A stretch of DNA of 64,000 bases, from contig NC_043015.1 of NCBI RefSeq assembly GCF_006345805.1, positions 32,550,001-32,614,000 on the forward strand, given 5' to 3'. A program made the translations under genes and the position numbers. Origin of the DNA: Octopus sinensis. Lineage: Eukaryota. The notes under the pieces are model-generated. The model did not search any database. It saw only the letters and a program-made list of their open reading frames with translations, and was not told the DNA's origin. Below are positions 25,476-38,338 of this stretch, one piece after another. Position 1 is the first letter of the stretch. Each line of letters starts with the position of its first letter.

Positions 25476-26833
25476 TGTGTACTTCTGTGTTTGTACAGAG
25501 TGACAGATCATCGAACTAGTCTTTAATAATTTTTCTTGTTTTTTAGAAGGAACAGAATCTCATTCAAAAAGTGATTAATAGATTTAGGTAAGACCCAAGA
25601 CATTTGCAGTTTTCGTTTGTAAAATACCAATTCTAAAGTGCAACAAACAGAAAATTAAGATAATAAAGTGTGTACTATTTTCTTTTACGTGTGTTTTTCT
25701 TTTTTCATTTATATTTTTTGAAAGAACTTTCTCGAATTTTCTCATCAGTCTTAACTTTGAGACACGTGATACAACTCGCTATTGAATCATTGTAAAATAT
25801 TTTCATCGGCCGCCTTCGAGTTTTATGAATTAATTCTGATGAGGTATCATAGTAAAACGACTTTGCCTCCAGTAAAATATTGTATTTATAAAAATAATTC
25901 ATTCTGCACACCCAGCATATCGGGTGTTTTCATGAATTATCAAACGTGTATTCTTGGTCATTCGTATATTTGTATACTTGCCAATACAGTGGGTGTATTA
26001 ATCAAAATATACAGTATTATAAATCCATTGCAGACGATCTTACCAATTGGTTTTGTACCGGCTATTAGATAAACAGATATTTGATAACACAACGGATGTT
26101 TGGTTCACATACTCTTCAGAGATTGCAAATATGGAAAATATAAGGTGACCCTGTTAATGCTGTCTGATGTAGGACCTCTCTTACTGGAGGTAAAAAACTA
26201 TCACCATCAGTGTATATCTGTGTGTCTGAATTCGGTTGTATGTGTGTGTGTGAGAGAGATCGATAGCGAGAGAGAGTATGTGTGTGGGTGTGGGTGTATT
26301 TCTGCGTGTGTATGTGTGTGTGTGTGTGTATGTGCATGCAAATGAAAAGTGTTTCCGGACCAGCATAAATACACACGAGTTTTATAAAAGAACTGAATAC
26401 CAGTTTATGCAAAGAAGTGTATTCTGCACACAGGTTTTGATTATAGCTGACAGGTAAATTATCAGAAATATTTTATATCTTCTTATTAGATAGAATGATA
26501 ACTTATTAGTAAATAATTTAGCTTTAGTAGAAATAAGAATGATTATACATACATATATACATACATATACATATATATATATATATATGTGTGTGTATGT
26601 GTGTGTGTGTATACACACGCACACACAAATACGTATGCGCACGTATATATACATATGTACATGTAAATATACATTCTGCGTTATTTTTATAACTACAATG
26701 GATATATAAATGGCGATGCCCTAGCACGGCCACAGCTCGTGAGCTGAAACTGGTTCAATGCAATTCAATACACACAAATATATACGTGCATATCTCTATA
26801 AAATACATACGTACATATATGTAAATAAATGTG

Positions 26834-26864
<31 letters not shown>

Positions 26865-26880
26865 CTCTGTGTATACATAC

Positions 26881-26912
<32 letters not shown>

Positions 26913-26999
26913 GTACAGGGAGAGATAGAGAAAGAGAGAGAGAAGAGCAGTTAAAAACCTTGTATATATATATATATGTATACATGTATATATACTCAT

Positions 27000-27155
27000 T
27001 TACTCTCTTTTACCTCTTTCACACATTTGACTGCGGCCATGCTGGATCACCGCCTTTAGTCGAGCAACTCGACCCCAGGACTTATTCTTTGTAAGCCTAG
27101 TACTTATTCTATCGGTCCCTTTTGCTGAACCGCTAAGTTACGGGGGTCGTAAACA
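27000..27155 (-). mobile_element. SINE family C, 3' tail
   Basis: GACTGCGGCCATGCTGG...GGACTTATTCTTTGTAAGCCTAGTAC. Confidence 0.85.
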
Positions 27156-27805
27156 CAGATATTGTATATTGAAAGTAATAAGGTAGTCAGAATGTTGGAT
27201 GATTATACATATTTTTATTTACCTTTTTTAGCGCTTTCTTCCGTTATCGTATTTAATCAAATAAGTGGTTTATAGTAAGATTGCTTCGCCTTTTTATATA
27301 AAATTGAAACTCATGATGTTTTAAAAAGAGAGAAAGAGGAGGAGGGGGGATAGAGGAACAAATTAGAAAGGAAGGTGCAAGGGTGAGAGAGTGGGAGATA
27401 GTGAAGATAGAGAAAAGAAAAGAAAGTAAGAGTGTTTGCGGGACCTGCGGAGGAAAGGAAAAGAAAGAAGAAACCATTTGAGAGGGAGGGGGAGGTAAAG
27501 GAGGCGTGGCCTCTGTATCAGTGCGGTCAAACCTGCTTCATTAAGATTCAATAAATTGTTTTTTCTTTCTTTTTAGTGACCTTTTGGGTGGGGAAGAAAA
27601 GGATTTTTTTTTATTCAAGTGGTCGAAGCTTTTAATTGGAAGGCCAGATGTTTTTGACTTAGCAGTGTATGGCTGTGTTTTGAGTGATTGTAAAGACAGT
27701 ATAGGTATGTGTGTGTATATATATATACACACACACACATATATACTATATATAAATATATGCAACTTGGCAACTTGTGCAGCTTATTAGTGAAATGATC
27801 AACAT

Positions 27806-28238
27806 AGGCATAGAAGTGGCTGTGTGGTAAGTAGCTTGCTTACGAACCACATGGTTCCGGGTTCAGTCCCACTGTGTGGCACCTTGGGCAAGTGTATAAA
27901 TAAAGAAATATACTATAGCCTCGGGCCGACCAAAGCCTTGTGAGTGGATTTGGTAGACGGAAACTGAAAGAAGCCCGTCGAATATATGTGTATATATGTA
28001 TATGTATGTGTATGTGTATATATTTGTGTGTCTGTGTTTGTCCCCCCCAACATCGCTTGACAATCGATGCTGGTGTCTTTACGTCCCCGTAACTTAGCGG
28101 TTCGGCAAAAGAGACCGATAGAATAAGTACTAGGCTTACAAAGAATAAGTCCTGGGGTCGATTTACTCGACTAAAAAAGGTGGTGCTCCAACATGGCCAC
28201 AGTCAAATGACTGAAACAAGTAAAAGAGTAAAAGAGTA
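27806..28238 (+). mobile_element. Full-length SINE family C (tRNA head, CORE-like CCTTGGGCAAGT segment, internal TA/TG microsatellite, AAAGAGTA tail)
   Basis: A box TGGCTGTGTGG, B box GGTTCAGTCCC; highly similar to 53450-53880. Confidence 0.92.
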
Positions 28239-29633
28239 TACATTTAATCTAATTATTCCCAAATTAAAATTGGTAAGTGCAACAACCTCAGAGGATAAAG
28301 CATGTCTCTTATATGACGAAATACATATGAAACTCTGGCTTAAAGAACGGCGGAGTAATAGATTTATTCTGGTTTCTTTGTTTAATTTTTCCGTCTAGTT
28401 TCAGCTCACGACCTGTGGCCATGCTGGGGCATCGCCTACGAACATGAGAATTGGTGTTGCAGTGCTTAACAAAAACGATGTATTTTTCTGTTTTAATATA
28501 TCGTCATCAACGTCGTCGTCAACATCATCATCATCATCATCATCATCATCATGATAATCATCATCATCACCATCATCTTCATCATCATCATATTCATCAT
28601 ATTCATCATCATCATCGTCATCATCATCATCATCATCATCATATTCATCATCATCATCATCGTCATACATTCATACATACATACTTAATTCCTTATTTCC
28701 AATTAAACGTAAATATGTGTGGCAATTATTCATTTGTATTCTTTCTATTTGGGTAGATCTGTGACTCTGTATGTGTGTATGTGTGTGTATGTATGTGTGT
28801 GTGTTTGTGTGTCTGTCCGTGCGCGCGTGTGTGTGTATGTCTGTGCTGCGCGCGCACGGTTAATAAATTCAAAGGTCTTAGCAACATAAATACAGCAATA
28901 TGAGCTGACAGTCTATATATATATTATATATATATATATACTGCCTCAGGACACATATTACAAAATGAATAAGAATTGTAAGAGCGCAGATAAAACTTTA
29001 TTTCATATTTCTACATCGTATTACACTTGCAATCGTTACTGATCTAGAAAAATTGAATACAACAGCAAATTGTTTCCCCCTACGGTGTCTCTTTTTCCCC
29101 CCACTCAATGAACTCCATCTCAGCATGTTATTATCCAGTTATCCTTTTCGTAATTATTTCAATGAAGTCTGTCGGCGCATTGTATCAGTTTACCACCTTA
29201 AGTACACCGAAGCAATACTTAGTAGCAACTTACAGACAGCTGCACATGGTTCTAAGAGGCTTGACCATATTTCTAATACAATGTTCTTCAGTAATATGAA
29301 TTTTGAAGGTGGTGGTGTGGTGGTGGTGGTGGCTGCAGCGGTGGTGGGGTGGTGGTGGTGGTGGTGGTGGAGTAGTAAAAATGGAGAGGAGAAGGAAGAA
29401 AATAGTCTGAGTGAGAATTTTCTTTCGCAGTTTCTCAATATGGTGAATATTAAATAAAGATAACTGTATAACTGTTTCTTCAGTTTTGCTTTGTAATGAA
29501 AATGAATTGGAAAGACGCAGGAATACAGATGTGAAGCCTCAGCTCTATAATCATTGTATATGCGTGAGTGTATATATGTGTGTATATATATATATATATG
29601 TGTGTGTTGTATATATATATATGTGTGTGTGTG

Positions 29634-29674
<41 letters not shown>

Positions 29675-29687
29675 GTGTGTGTATGTG

Positions 29688-29718
<31 letters not shown>

Positions 29719-29757
29719 TGTGTGTATATATATGTGTGTGTGTGTGTGTGTTATATA

Positions 29758-29788
<31 letters not shown>

Positions 29789-29974
29789 GTGTGTGGTGTG
29801 TGTAATATATATATATGTGTTGTGTGTGTGTGTATATATATATGTGTGTGGTGTGTGTGTATATATATATGTGGTGTGTGTGTATTATATATAATGTGTG
29901 TGTGTGTGTGTGTTATATATATAGTTGTGTGTGTGTGTGTTGTATATATATATATATAACATAGAACTGAGATA

Positions 29975-30284
29975 ATACTGAAGGAATCTTTGTACAATCG
30001 GACAAAACCAGCAACTTATATAAATTAGATATAGAAACATATGATAGTTTACTAGAGAAAGAAATCAACAAAAAATTATAAAATGGTCCAAATTAATACT
30101 TTAGAGAAAATAAATAAGTGTTATAAAGAAATTATGACGAATTATGAACTAGATAAAAAAAACAGAACCCTACGTGCCATGGCACCCAAGGATAACGCTA
30201 AAAGACCATAAAGCTAATTTCTATGCAGACCCTAAAGTCCGACTAATATGCCCATGTAAGTCGGACCTAGGGAAATTAAGTAAA

Positions 30285-30292
<8 letters not shown>
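29975..30292 (+). mobile_element. Penelope-like reverse transcriptase N-terminal fragment
   Basis: GIFVQSDKTSNLYKLD...ITLKDHKANFYADPKVRLICPCKSDLGKLSK (frameshifted) matches the PLE DKT..NLY and TLKDHK..F...P..RLI.P.KS..GK motifs; microsatellites on both sides. Confidence 0.88.
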
Positions 30293-30323
<31 letters not shown>

Positions 30324-30419
30324 CGGGAAGCTTTATGAAAATAGACAAAAGACGAAGGCAGGTGGAAAACAAACGAACAATTGTATAGTATGGCGCTCAG
30401 GAAATTAAATAAAAACAAG

Positions 30420-30457
30420 TCTTTAACGTTTCGAGCCTACGCTCTTCAACAGAAAGA
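30420..30457 (-). ncRNA. Minimal type I hammerhead-like motif (A6U variant)
   Basis: UCUUU-CUGUUGA-A-GAGC-GUAG-GCUC-GAAAC-GUU-AAAGA: 5-bp stem I, 4-bp stem II, palindromic AACGUU stem III. Confidence 0.6.
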
Positions 30458-30761
30458 TACACAGAGAGAAAAAAAAACACAGAAAGAAGGAGAGAAAAAA
30501 ATATATATACACAACAAAATTTTATAATTATGTGTATAATTATAATTAGGAAACAAAAATAAATCTCTGAGCGAGGTATAAACAGTAGCTGCAACACATC
30601 GTGAAGTATATTTGCCATTTAAATATGGCTAACCCCTAAGGGTGGATGCTACTGTAGCTTGTAGCCCCAGGAGAACACCTCCTCCAACTAGTTATAGACA
30701 CACTTTCTGTACCCCATCAGTATTTGGAAAGGGAAGCCATCCTTCCCGTCTTCAACCTATG

Positions 30762-30812
30762 ATACACATGGACTCGAGTTTCTGGGTATTGACCCGTCAT
30801 CAGCGTACACAT
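30762..30812 (-). ncRNA. Type I hammerhead ribozyme-like motif with canonical core
   Basis: CUGAUGA-C-GGGU-CAAU-ACCC-A-GAAAC-UCGA-GUC; palindromic ACUCGAGU stem III; stem I mostly G-U wobbles with one mismatch. Confidence 0.7.
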
Positions 30813-30952
30813 ACATACGTATGTATATTTGTATCTAAGTGTGCGTATTTATGTACGTTGAGAGAAGACGAGACGGGGGCGATAGAGATGTTCACCTTTT
30901 TATTTCGTTATAAATGGAGAAAGAATTTGACTATTAGGTCGTATTTCCCGTT

Positions 30953-31029
<77 letters not shown>

Positions 31030-31345
31030 GGTTGTATTATAAAACATCTCTCCCTCACTCTCTCTCTCTCCCTTTCCCTCTGTGTACATATATTATGTAT
31101 ACACACATATACTTACATATGTTTACATATATACATATGTACATACACGTGTGTATGAATGTATATATATATATACAGATATATAATGGTGTGTATATAT
31201 TTATGTGTGTGTGTGTATTATATATATATACTGTACCTACACATATACGTATATATAGGTGTATATCTACATACGCACACACACACACACACACACATAT
31301 AAATACATAAATACATACCTATATATATATATATATATATATATC

Positions 31346-31379
<34 letters not shown>

Positions 31380-32061
31380 GAGGGGAAAGGGGGAGAGTGA
31401 GATAGCGAAGGAGAGATTTCATAATACCACCATTTTTCAGTAAATAACATTTTAATATTATGCATTATAAATGAATTACCATCTAAGCGATATTACGCAT
31501 TATAAACACGAATTTGAGACAGAAAAGAGAAAGCGACGCAGCTTATCTTTTCTGTATCAAATTGCTGCTTATGTTGTATAACAATATCATGTCACCGAAA
31601 CATAAGACTTTTGAATACTTCTATAAAGCTTTCTTTAAACAGAACATTATAATTTACTATATCCTATTCATTCTTTATTATTCGATGAAGTCCACTATTT
31701 GACGTTTTGTAATCAGAGCTTATGCCTCAATGAAAAGTGTGTCTTATTTACTGGTCGACGACACTAAAGTAAGAGAAGGCACCATTGAGGAAAGCAAAAG
31801 AAGTGGTTTATCAGAATATATTGAAAATATATTGAAGAAGTATGGTTATAAGTTAGTGAGAGTGGGGAATATTTTGGTTGATGGCCGATAAAAATGGAGA
31901 ATGATCATGTACGATGGAGGACATTCGTTCGCCCGAAGCGAGAGACGAACACGGGAGTATAGTAATCATGCCCAGTCTGCGATTAGATATCGCAGCAGCC
32001 TGTGTAGTCTCGTACTGTAGGATGAAAGTTAAAACTATAGTGAGACTGCCATATACATATG

Positions 32062-32105
<44 letters not shown>

Positions 32106-32115
32106 TATATATATA

Positions 32116-32324
32116 GCTAATTCAAACATGAACAAAAGGAAAACACAAAAACGCGAGGATGTGGAACAAGTATAATGTTATTGGACGCTCAGGAAAGGAA
32201 AGGAAAGAAGGAGGATTTAACGTTTCGAGCAGAGCTCTTCGTCAGAAACAGAGAAAAAGAAAAGGTCCAATGAAGGGAAGACGGAGAAAGAAAATCGCCA
32301 ACGATACACACGCGGTCACATATA
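32116..32324 (-). mobile_element. PLE 3'-end repeat with hammerhead-like motif at 32215-32249
   Basis: UUU-CUGACGA-A-GAGC-UCU-GCUC-GAAAC-GUU-AAA (canonical CUGANGA core); 3' end abuts (TA)n. Confidence 0.75.
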
Positions 32325-32678
32325 TACACTTGCGTCAGAAATTAATCAGCACTTCTCAAATTAACCTATGAGCTGTTCAAAACGTCTTACGCGATGAGAA
32401 AACTTAGTATGGTGTGATTTCGGTTCTTGCGAGGCGCTACCTATATCTATTAAACAAAGGAAGATTTGTCTGCATCCGCACTCCAATTTGTTGCACTGCT
32501 ATGTCAACATCATAAGGCTGTAGACTCTCAAACTGCTCTGCAAACAAGTTACGTCATCGTTCTGCGCAACAGTGAACTCGCAACAAAGCAATAGTTCGAG
32601 ATATGGCCACTAGGTGACAGCACATACCTTGAGTGAAGAGCAAATCAAGGGTGCTAATTAATTTCTGACGGTAGTGTA
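32325..32678. mobile_element. Tc1-type MITE (354 bp including flanking TAs)
   Basis: Inverted termini TACACTTGCGTCAGAAATTAATCAGCAC / TACACTACCGTCAGAAATTAATTAGCAC (25/28); TA duplication; non-coding interior. Confidence 0.88.
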
Positions 32679-32688
32679 CCATATATAC

Positions 32689-32756
<68 letters not shown>

Positions 32757-32808
32757 ATATATATATATATATATATATATAAGTATATAAGTATATATGT
32801 AATATATC

Positions 32809-32840
<32 letters not shown>

Positions 32841-32905
32841 ATATATATTATATATATATCTATATATATAGATATACGTGTGTATATATATATATATTAT
32901 ATATA

Positions 32906-33115
32906 TAGGAGAGTTTACGAAAACAACAAAAGACGAAGACAGGTGGTGTACAAAACAAACAGATGTATTAGTATAACGTTCAGGAATAGAAAAAGTCTTT
33001 TACGTTTCGGGCCTACGCTCTTCTACAGAAAGGAACACAGAAAAAAACAAGGAGTGGAGCAAGGAGAGAAAAAAGGAGAGAAAAAAGGAGAGAAAAAGGG
33101 GAGGAAAAAGGACAG
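32906..33115 (-). mobile_element. PLE 3'-end repeat with hammerhead-like motif at 32996-33032
   Basis: CUUU-CUGUAGA-A-GAGC-GUAG-GCCC-GAAAC-GUA-AAAG; homologous to 30322-30500; abuts (TA)n. Confidence 0.75.
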
Positions 33116-33154
33116 AAAAAATATGTATATATATATATATATATATATACATAT

Positions 33155-33310
33155 ACATATTTCCTTCGGTTTCCGTCTATCAAATGAACTCACAAGGCTT
33201 TGGTCGGCCTGAAACTATAGCAGAATATACTTGCTACGATGTGATGCAGTGGAACTAAACCCGGAACAATGTTGCTTGAAAGCAAGTCTTCCACGACATA
33301 GACACACCTG
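33155..33310 (-). mobile_element. SINE family C, 5' half
   Basis: CTCACAAGGCTTTGGTCGGCC...CTATAG is the revcomp of the family C head and core. Confidence 0.75.
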
Positions 33311-34400
33311 CGTATAGATTATCATTTGACAGAAACATTCGTCTTTTCGAATCAGAGAAATCTTTCATGTGATTGTTCGACCCTGAAGAAATAACAGCTG
33401 AATTCCTCTTAAATTAAACGCAGTAATCTTTAAAATTGGAAAGTGACTTAATACGCCAGGAACTTTATGATTCAATGTCATAAATAAAGGACAGGATGTT
33501 TATGGCTGTTATGTGTTTATGGTTTTACTTTTGGTTCTACATCTGGTCGATCAAAGTCAAGCTGTGGTTAAACAAAACTAACAACAACAACAACATCTGC
33601 AAAACTTCCTTTTAATCTACTTAAGCAGCTTAAATATGAAGCGTGTACTAATGAGTGAAAGATAATATCTGATGCCACCAAATGAATTAATTCCGCTATT
33701 ATTAATAATCAGTCTGTTAATTTTCACGCATTTTTTTTTTTCGTGTGATGCCTTTGTGCGTGTTTTAATAATTACTTTTATTATATCACCCGTCGAGTTT
33801 AAATTGCTTTCATGTTTTAGATTCAGTGTTGAGTTATCATTAATAGATAATAATGCTAAAATTAAAGTTTGGTAAATTAAATTCCAAACTGGAAATTCTT
33901 GGAAACAAACCGTGAAAAAGGAAGGACAAAAGTAGTTTTTTTTATTTTTAATATAGGTTAATATTATAAAGTGTTTGTGGAAGGAAAAAAGCTAAGCAAA
34001 ATAGTGAAAGTATGTAAAAAAAATATATATAAAAAATTAAAACTGAATCTTATTTCAAATTAGTAAAGGAACCACTTTTACTACTAATGTGAGAAAGTAC
34101 AATTAGGAAACGTAATATTGCGTGAAATTAAATATTTAAAGCTGAAAGATAAAAAATAAATTTGTTTGAAGCAGTAAAAATCAAGTAAAAACAAAAATTT
34201 GATAGGAAGGCATTATATTTGAGGCATTTATGATAGCGAAAAATAATGTGTGTGTTTGTGTGTGTGTGTGCGCGCTTTACAAATAAAGTTAAAGATCAGT
34301 CAGTATTTGGTGTAAATTTTATATTAATTGGGAAATGTAGTAGTTGGTGATTCATTCCTTGCTTCTCAGAGTTCCACACTTTTAAAATAAACATGATATC

Positions 34401-35207
34401 AATAGTGTTTAACGCCACATGAACACAGTTGTTTACTAGAAACCGACGATACTGCCATTTTAACCCCAGGAGGACACCTTCTCTTACTGGTTATGCAGTA
34501 CACTCTGCACTCAATATACATTGCAAATGGAGAGAGAACTCCCTACTATAGTAGCCCCGAGACCATCAGACCGTGTGGTTTCGATCTTATTGTCATCCTC
34601 GGTGATGGATACTTGTACACTAGACATAGCAGTAGTTCACTCTAACTCGCAATACTTAAAGAAATAAGTGACACACAGTCACTTATCTTGCATCAAGCAA
34701 ACTAGCCATTCAAGAAAATCTCTGTAAGAGATGAAAGCAGTATTCATACTGACAAATATTGTTTAATGCCACCTTAATACGGCTATTCCACAGGAACCGA
34801 CGATACTGTCATTTTAACCCCGAGAGGACACCCCCTCCACCAGCACAAGCAGTGCACTCTGCACTCGATATATAGTGCAAGCAGGGAGAGAACTCCTTAC
34901 TCGCTTAGCTCTGAGACCATCAGGCTGTACGGTTTCGACCTTCATATAGTTATCCTCGGTGATGGATACTCGTCCGCTAGACATTGCAGTAGTTCACTGT
35001 AGTTCACGATATATAGAAAACTAAGTGACGCAGTCACTGATCTTGCAACGAGAAAACTATCTGGTCAAAAATTTCTATAAGAGATGAAAACCATATTCAC
35101 ACTGGGCAAATAGTGTTTAACACCACCTGACCGGTTTCTAGGGAACATTCGTGTTTAGGTGGTTTTTAACACTATTTGTCAGTATGAATACTGCTTTCAT
35201 TTCTTAT
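34401..35207 (-). repeat. 354-bp tandem repeat (2 units plus start of a third) with one hammerhead-like fold per unit, followed by an inverted partial copy
   Basis: Unit starts at 34401, 34755 and 35109; folds at 34563-34608 and 34917-34965 (CCAUCA-CCGAGGA...GAAAC-...-GUC/GCC-UGAUGG); inverted arm 35157-35207 mirrors 35077-35128. Confidence 0.85.
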
Positions 35208-36768
35208 GGAAACATAGGATTGTCTGACAGTGTACAGTGAATAAAGTTGTTTTCAGAGAAGGATATATACCAATGCCCATTGATTATTATGGGTCTTGTA
35301 GGCTATTGTATCGCAGACTGCAGGCGATTAGAGTATGATGGTGTAAAGGGAGATTACCCAGTCCAAACCAATGGTCATTAAGGATAATTATTCCGCTCAT
35401 CTCTTTAAAACCGGTCGATATAAATTTGGGTCTACGAAGGGACGTTCAGAACATTTTGGGGGTGGATTTCAGGCCAGTTGTGAGAGAAAGGTAGAGTTTT
35501 TCTTATTCTTTCAAGTGGATGAAGACAGTGCTTCTAACGATTCCTGAAAGTGTTCGTTGTGAGTCCCATGTGATTCCCTTCACTTCTGCCAATGAATTTT
35601 AAGGATACTCGATAAGAACCGTATTGGAGAGATGGATTTGTCTTTTATCTTTTCGGGGTCGATAGAATAAAGCACCGGTTGAGTACTGATTCGATTTAAT
35701 CGACTTCGCCCCAACCACAAAATTGCTGGCCTTGTGATATTGTATGACTACGAGCCTGCTGTATGATGGGGAAGTTCGTATTGTAACTACGTGGTGTTGG
35801 GTTCAATCCCACAGTTAACGTGTGCCAGTGACCCCTCTATAATAAACTCCAGGTGATCAAATCCATGATGGATGGAAAGTGTTAGAATGGAAGATAGTTG
35901 GTTGGACAGCTTAGAGCGGAGGGTTAAGGTTTCTATGGTAAACTTCCATTCGATTTAACACCACTATATGATTCAATGGCGGTTTTAGCTCAGTCTAATA
36001 TACTGCAAGCATTCATGCAGAAGTCTTTAGTTTCACAATATCCTCATTATTTCCGTCCATAAGCCTTGGAGGCACCGTATGGTGCTATCTGGAGAGCTGT
36101 TCTTTCTACTTTGAAGAATAAAACAACACAACTCATTCAATAGCTTCTAAATTTATTCTTTGTTGAGATAAAGAGTCGCAATAAAATGGTTGACATAAAT
36201 TCCATTTAAATTAAAAACGTTTTTTTATGCGTCTAATTGATCTGGGTATTGGTAGAATGGCTTTCATGAACGCCTTCAATCCGAGATGGGGGGAGAGGGG
36301 GGAAAACTATTTCATTAATTATGGATTATTTCGCAAGAGAAGATTTAAATGTATGAATGTATCTTTAAACATAATCAACGACTACGTCTTCAACAAACAT
36401 CACTATCATCATCACCATTATTGTAACCAACATTATGGTCTTCTTCATACTCAGTTTCATCATCATCATCGTCATCATCATCATCATCATCATCTTCATC
36501 ATCGTCGTCATCATCATCATCATCATCGTCAGTGGGAGCAAATTAGCGGGGGGGGGGGGCTTTACACAGTTGCACGACTTGATGGAAATAGTAAGCTAAA
36601 TCGATCACAAAAAGAACCTTGAAGCGTACATTGAATAGTATACCCCGAGATGAACAATGTCTGGAAAATAAAAAGAAAAAGATGGCATAGCGGTGACTAG
36701 AATATCCTTTTATTATAGCTTTGCTTGATCAAGACCAACCTGAGACATGTAGCAGAACAACAACAACA

Positions 36769-36815
<47 letters not shown>

Positions 36816-36871
36816 TACTACTACTACCACCACCACCACCACCACCACCACCACCACCACTACCACTACCA

Positions 36872-36908
<37 letters not shown>

Positions 36909-37934
36909 GCTACTACTACTACCTATGCATACATAATACTTGGATAAAAAAATGCAGGCACCACAGTGCTGGAATATACTTACGCATTGAACCTGGAGAA
37001 GAACAAGAAGAGCAGTAATTAAGCCTGGACAAGTTCAGGACAAGAAGAAGAAGAAAATAATCTTAAAATTTTGTTGCTGAATTTAGAATTTGCTAATTTA
37101 AGTTTTGAAATTGTTAATGAAATAGTGCGTACAAGTTTAGTTTTTATATTTTTTTGCTATAAATTTTTTATATATTTTTGACTTAAACATTTCACCTGAA
37201 ATATTACCGTCTTGTTTTTAGTATTATATTACTTTTTTTTTCTAATTTTCTTTTCTTAACAAAACTCATTATCCAATAGTTTTAAATCAGAGATACTGTG
37301 TTAAAATTACACTCATGTAGAATATAGGTAATTCAAAAATAAGAGTAAAAAATATTTTCAGACAATTTTTTTTTAAGAAACAAAAAAATTAATTTCTGTA
37401 AAGTTTTCATTATCTGATAACAAAGTATTTTCTGTTTACAGTCAGCCGAATACTAAAAAAAAAAAAAAATGAAAGCTAATGAACAAATTGAGTGCAAAAT
37501 GGAGAAATGACTCCTAAGCTTTAAAAAAAAGCAAAAAAAAAAAATTTAGGATTATGAAACGTTATCAATTTTGATTAAATTGCAATTATGTTATTTTTTA
37601 AAATATATAAACCATTAAATTTGTAATTTTTAAATTTTGATTATGTAAATTTGCAAGCAATTAGTCTTTTCGCCAAGATTGAAAATAAATAGCTTTTTAA
37701 GTAATTTTAATTTAGTCTTTTATGTAAAAAAAAATATATAAAAGGGCATTTATCATTATTTTAGTTTTTAAAATCTAACTCCAGCAACAATATTTTGAGT
37801 CTTCTTCTTCTTCTTCTTCTTCTTCTTCTTCTTCTTCTTCTTCTTCTTCATCTTCATCTTCTTCTTCTTCTTTTCTTCTTCTTCTTCTTCTTCTTCTTCT
37901 TCTTCTTCTTCTTCTTCTTCCAACAACAATAACA

Positions 37935-38338
37935 GAGAACTTGAGGATCAGGAGTCGAAGGATCAGGTGCGCATGCTCATAGATGGGAAATCTCCCATCA
38001 GCACTCCTAAGATAGGGAGGGTCAAAGCTTATCAAGGTACTAACAGTTACCTGTCAGAAGATATGGGAGACGAAACAGTGGTCAAAGAAGATACCCATTC
38101 CAAAGAAAGGTAATTTAAGACTCTGCCAGAATTATAGAACCATCAACCTAATTAGCCTCCCCAGCAAAGAGTTCTGCTAAACAGACTTAAAGGGAAACTG
38201 AGGAAATCCTTGCAGAGGAACAGACAGGATTTAGGAATACTGTGGAGCAGATATTTACCATTAGATCGCTTGCTGAGAAACATCTGTAACATCAATCCGA
38301 CCTCTGTCACGATTTCATCAACTTCAAAAAAGCCTTTA
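37935..38338 (+). mobile_element. RTE-clade LINE reverse transcriptase fragment
   Basis: IPIPKKGNLRLCQNYRTINLISLPSK...EEQTGFR...EQIFTIRSLAEKH...FINFKKAF (frame-broken); preceded by (CTT)n at 37795-37921. Confidence 0.9.

Larger units (their letters stand above)
30322..30812 (-). mobile_element. PLE terminal-repeat-like segment carrying two hammerhead-like folds
   Basis: 30322-30500 is homologous to 32906-33115 and 55655-55780; 30665-30812 is homologous to the 354-bp units at 34401-35109. Confidence 0.75.

Noticed and set aside
25700-26100. Possible further PLE endonuclease remnant (minus) and CTGATGAG hammerhead start at ~25838
   Set aside because: Peptide similarity too weak and no complete stem II/GAAA.
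35210-35620. PLE coding remnant next to the inverted repeat
   Set aside because: Only a few residues (KTLPF, RDER) are suggestive; multiple stops, cannot be supported.
36984-37024. Minus-strand micro-exon (strong acceptor, 9 or 41 nt, GTAAGT donor)
   Set aside because: The pyrimidine tract derives from (CTT)n-like sequence, so a chance match is likely without RNA evidence.
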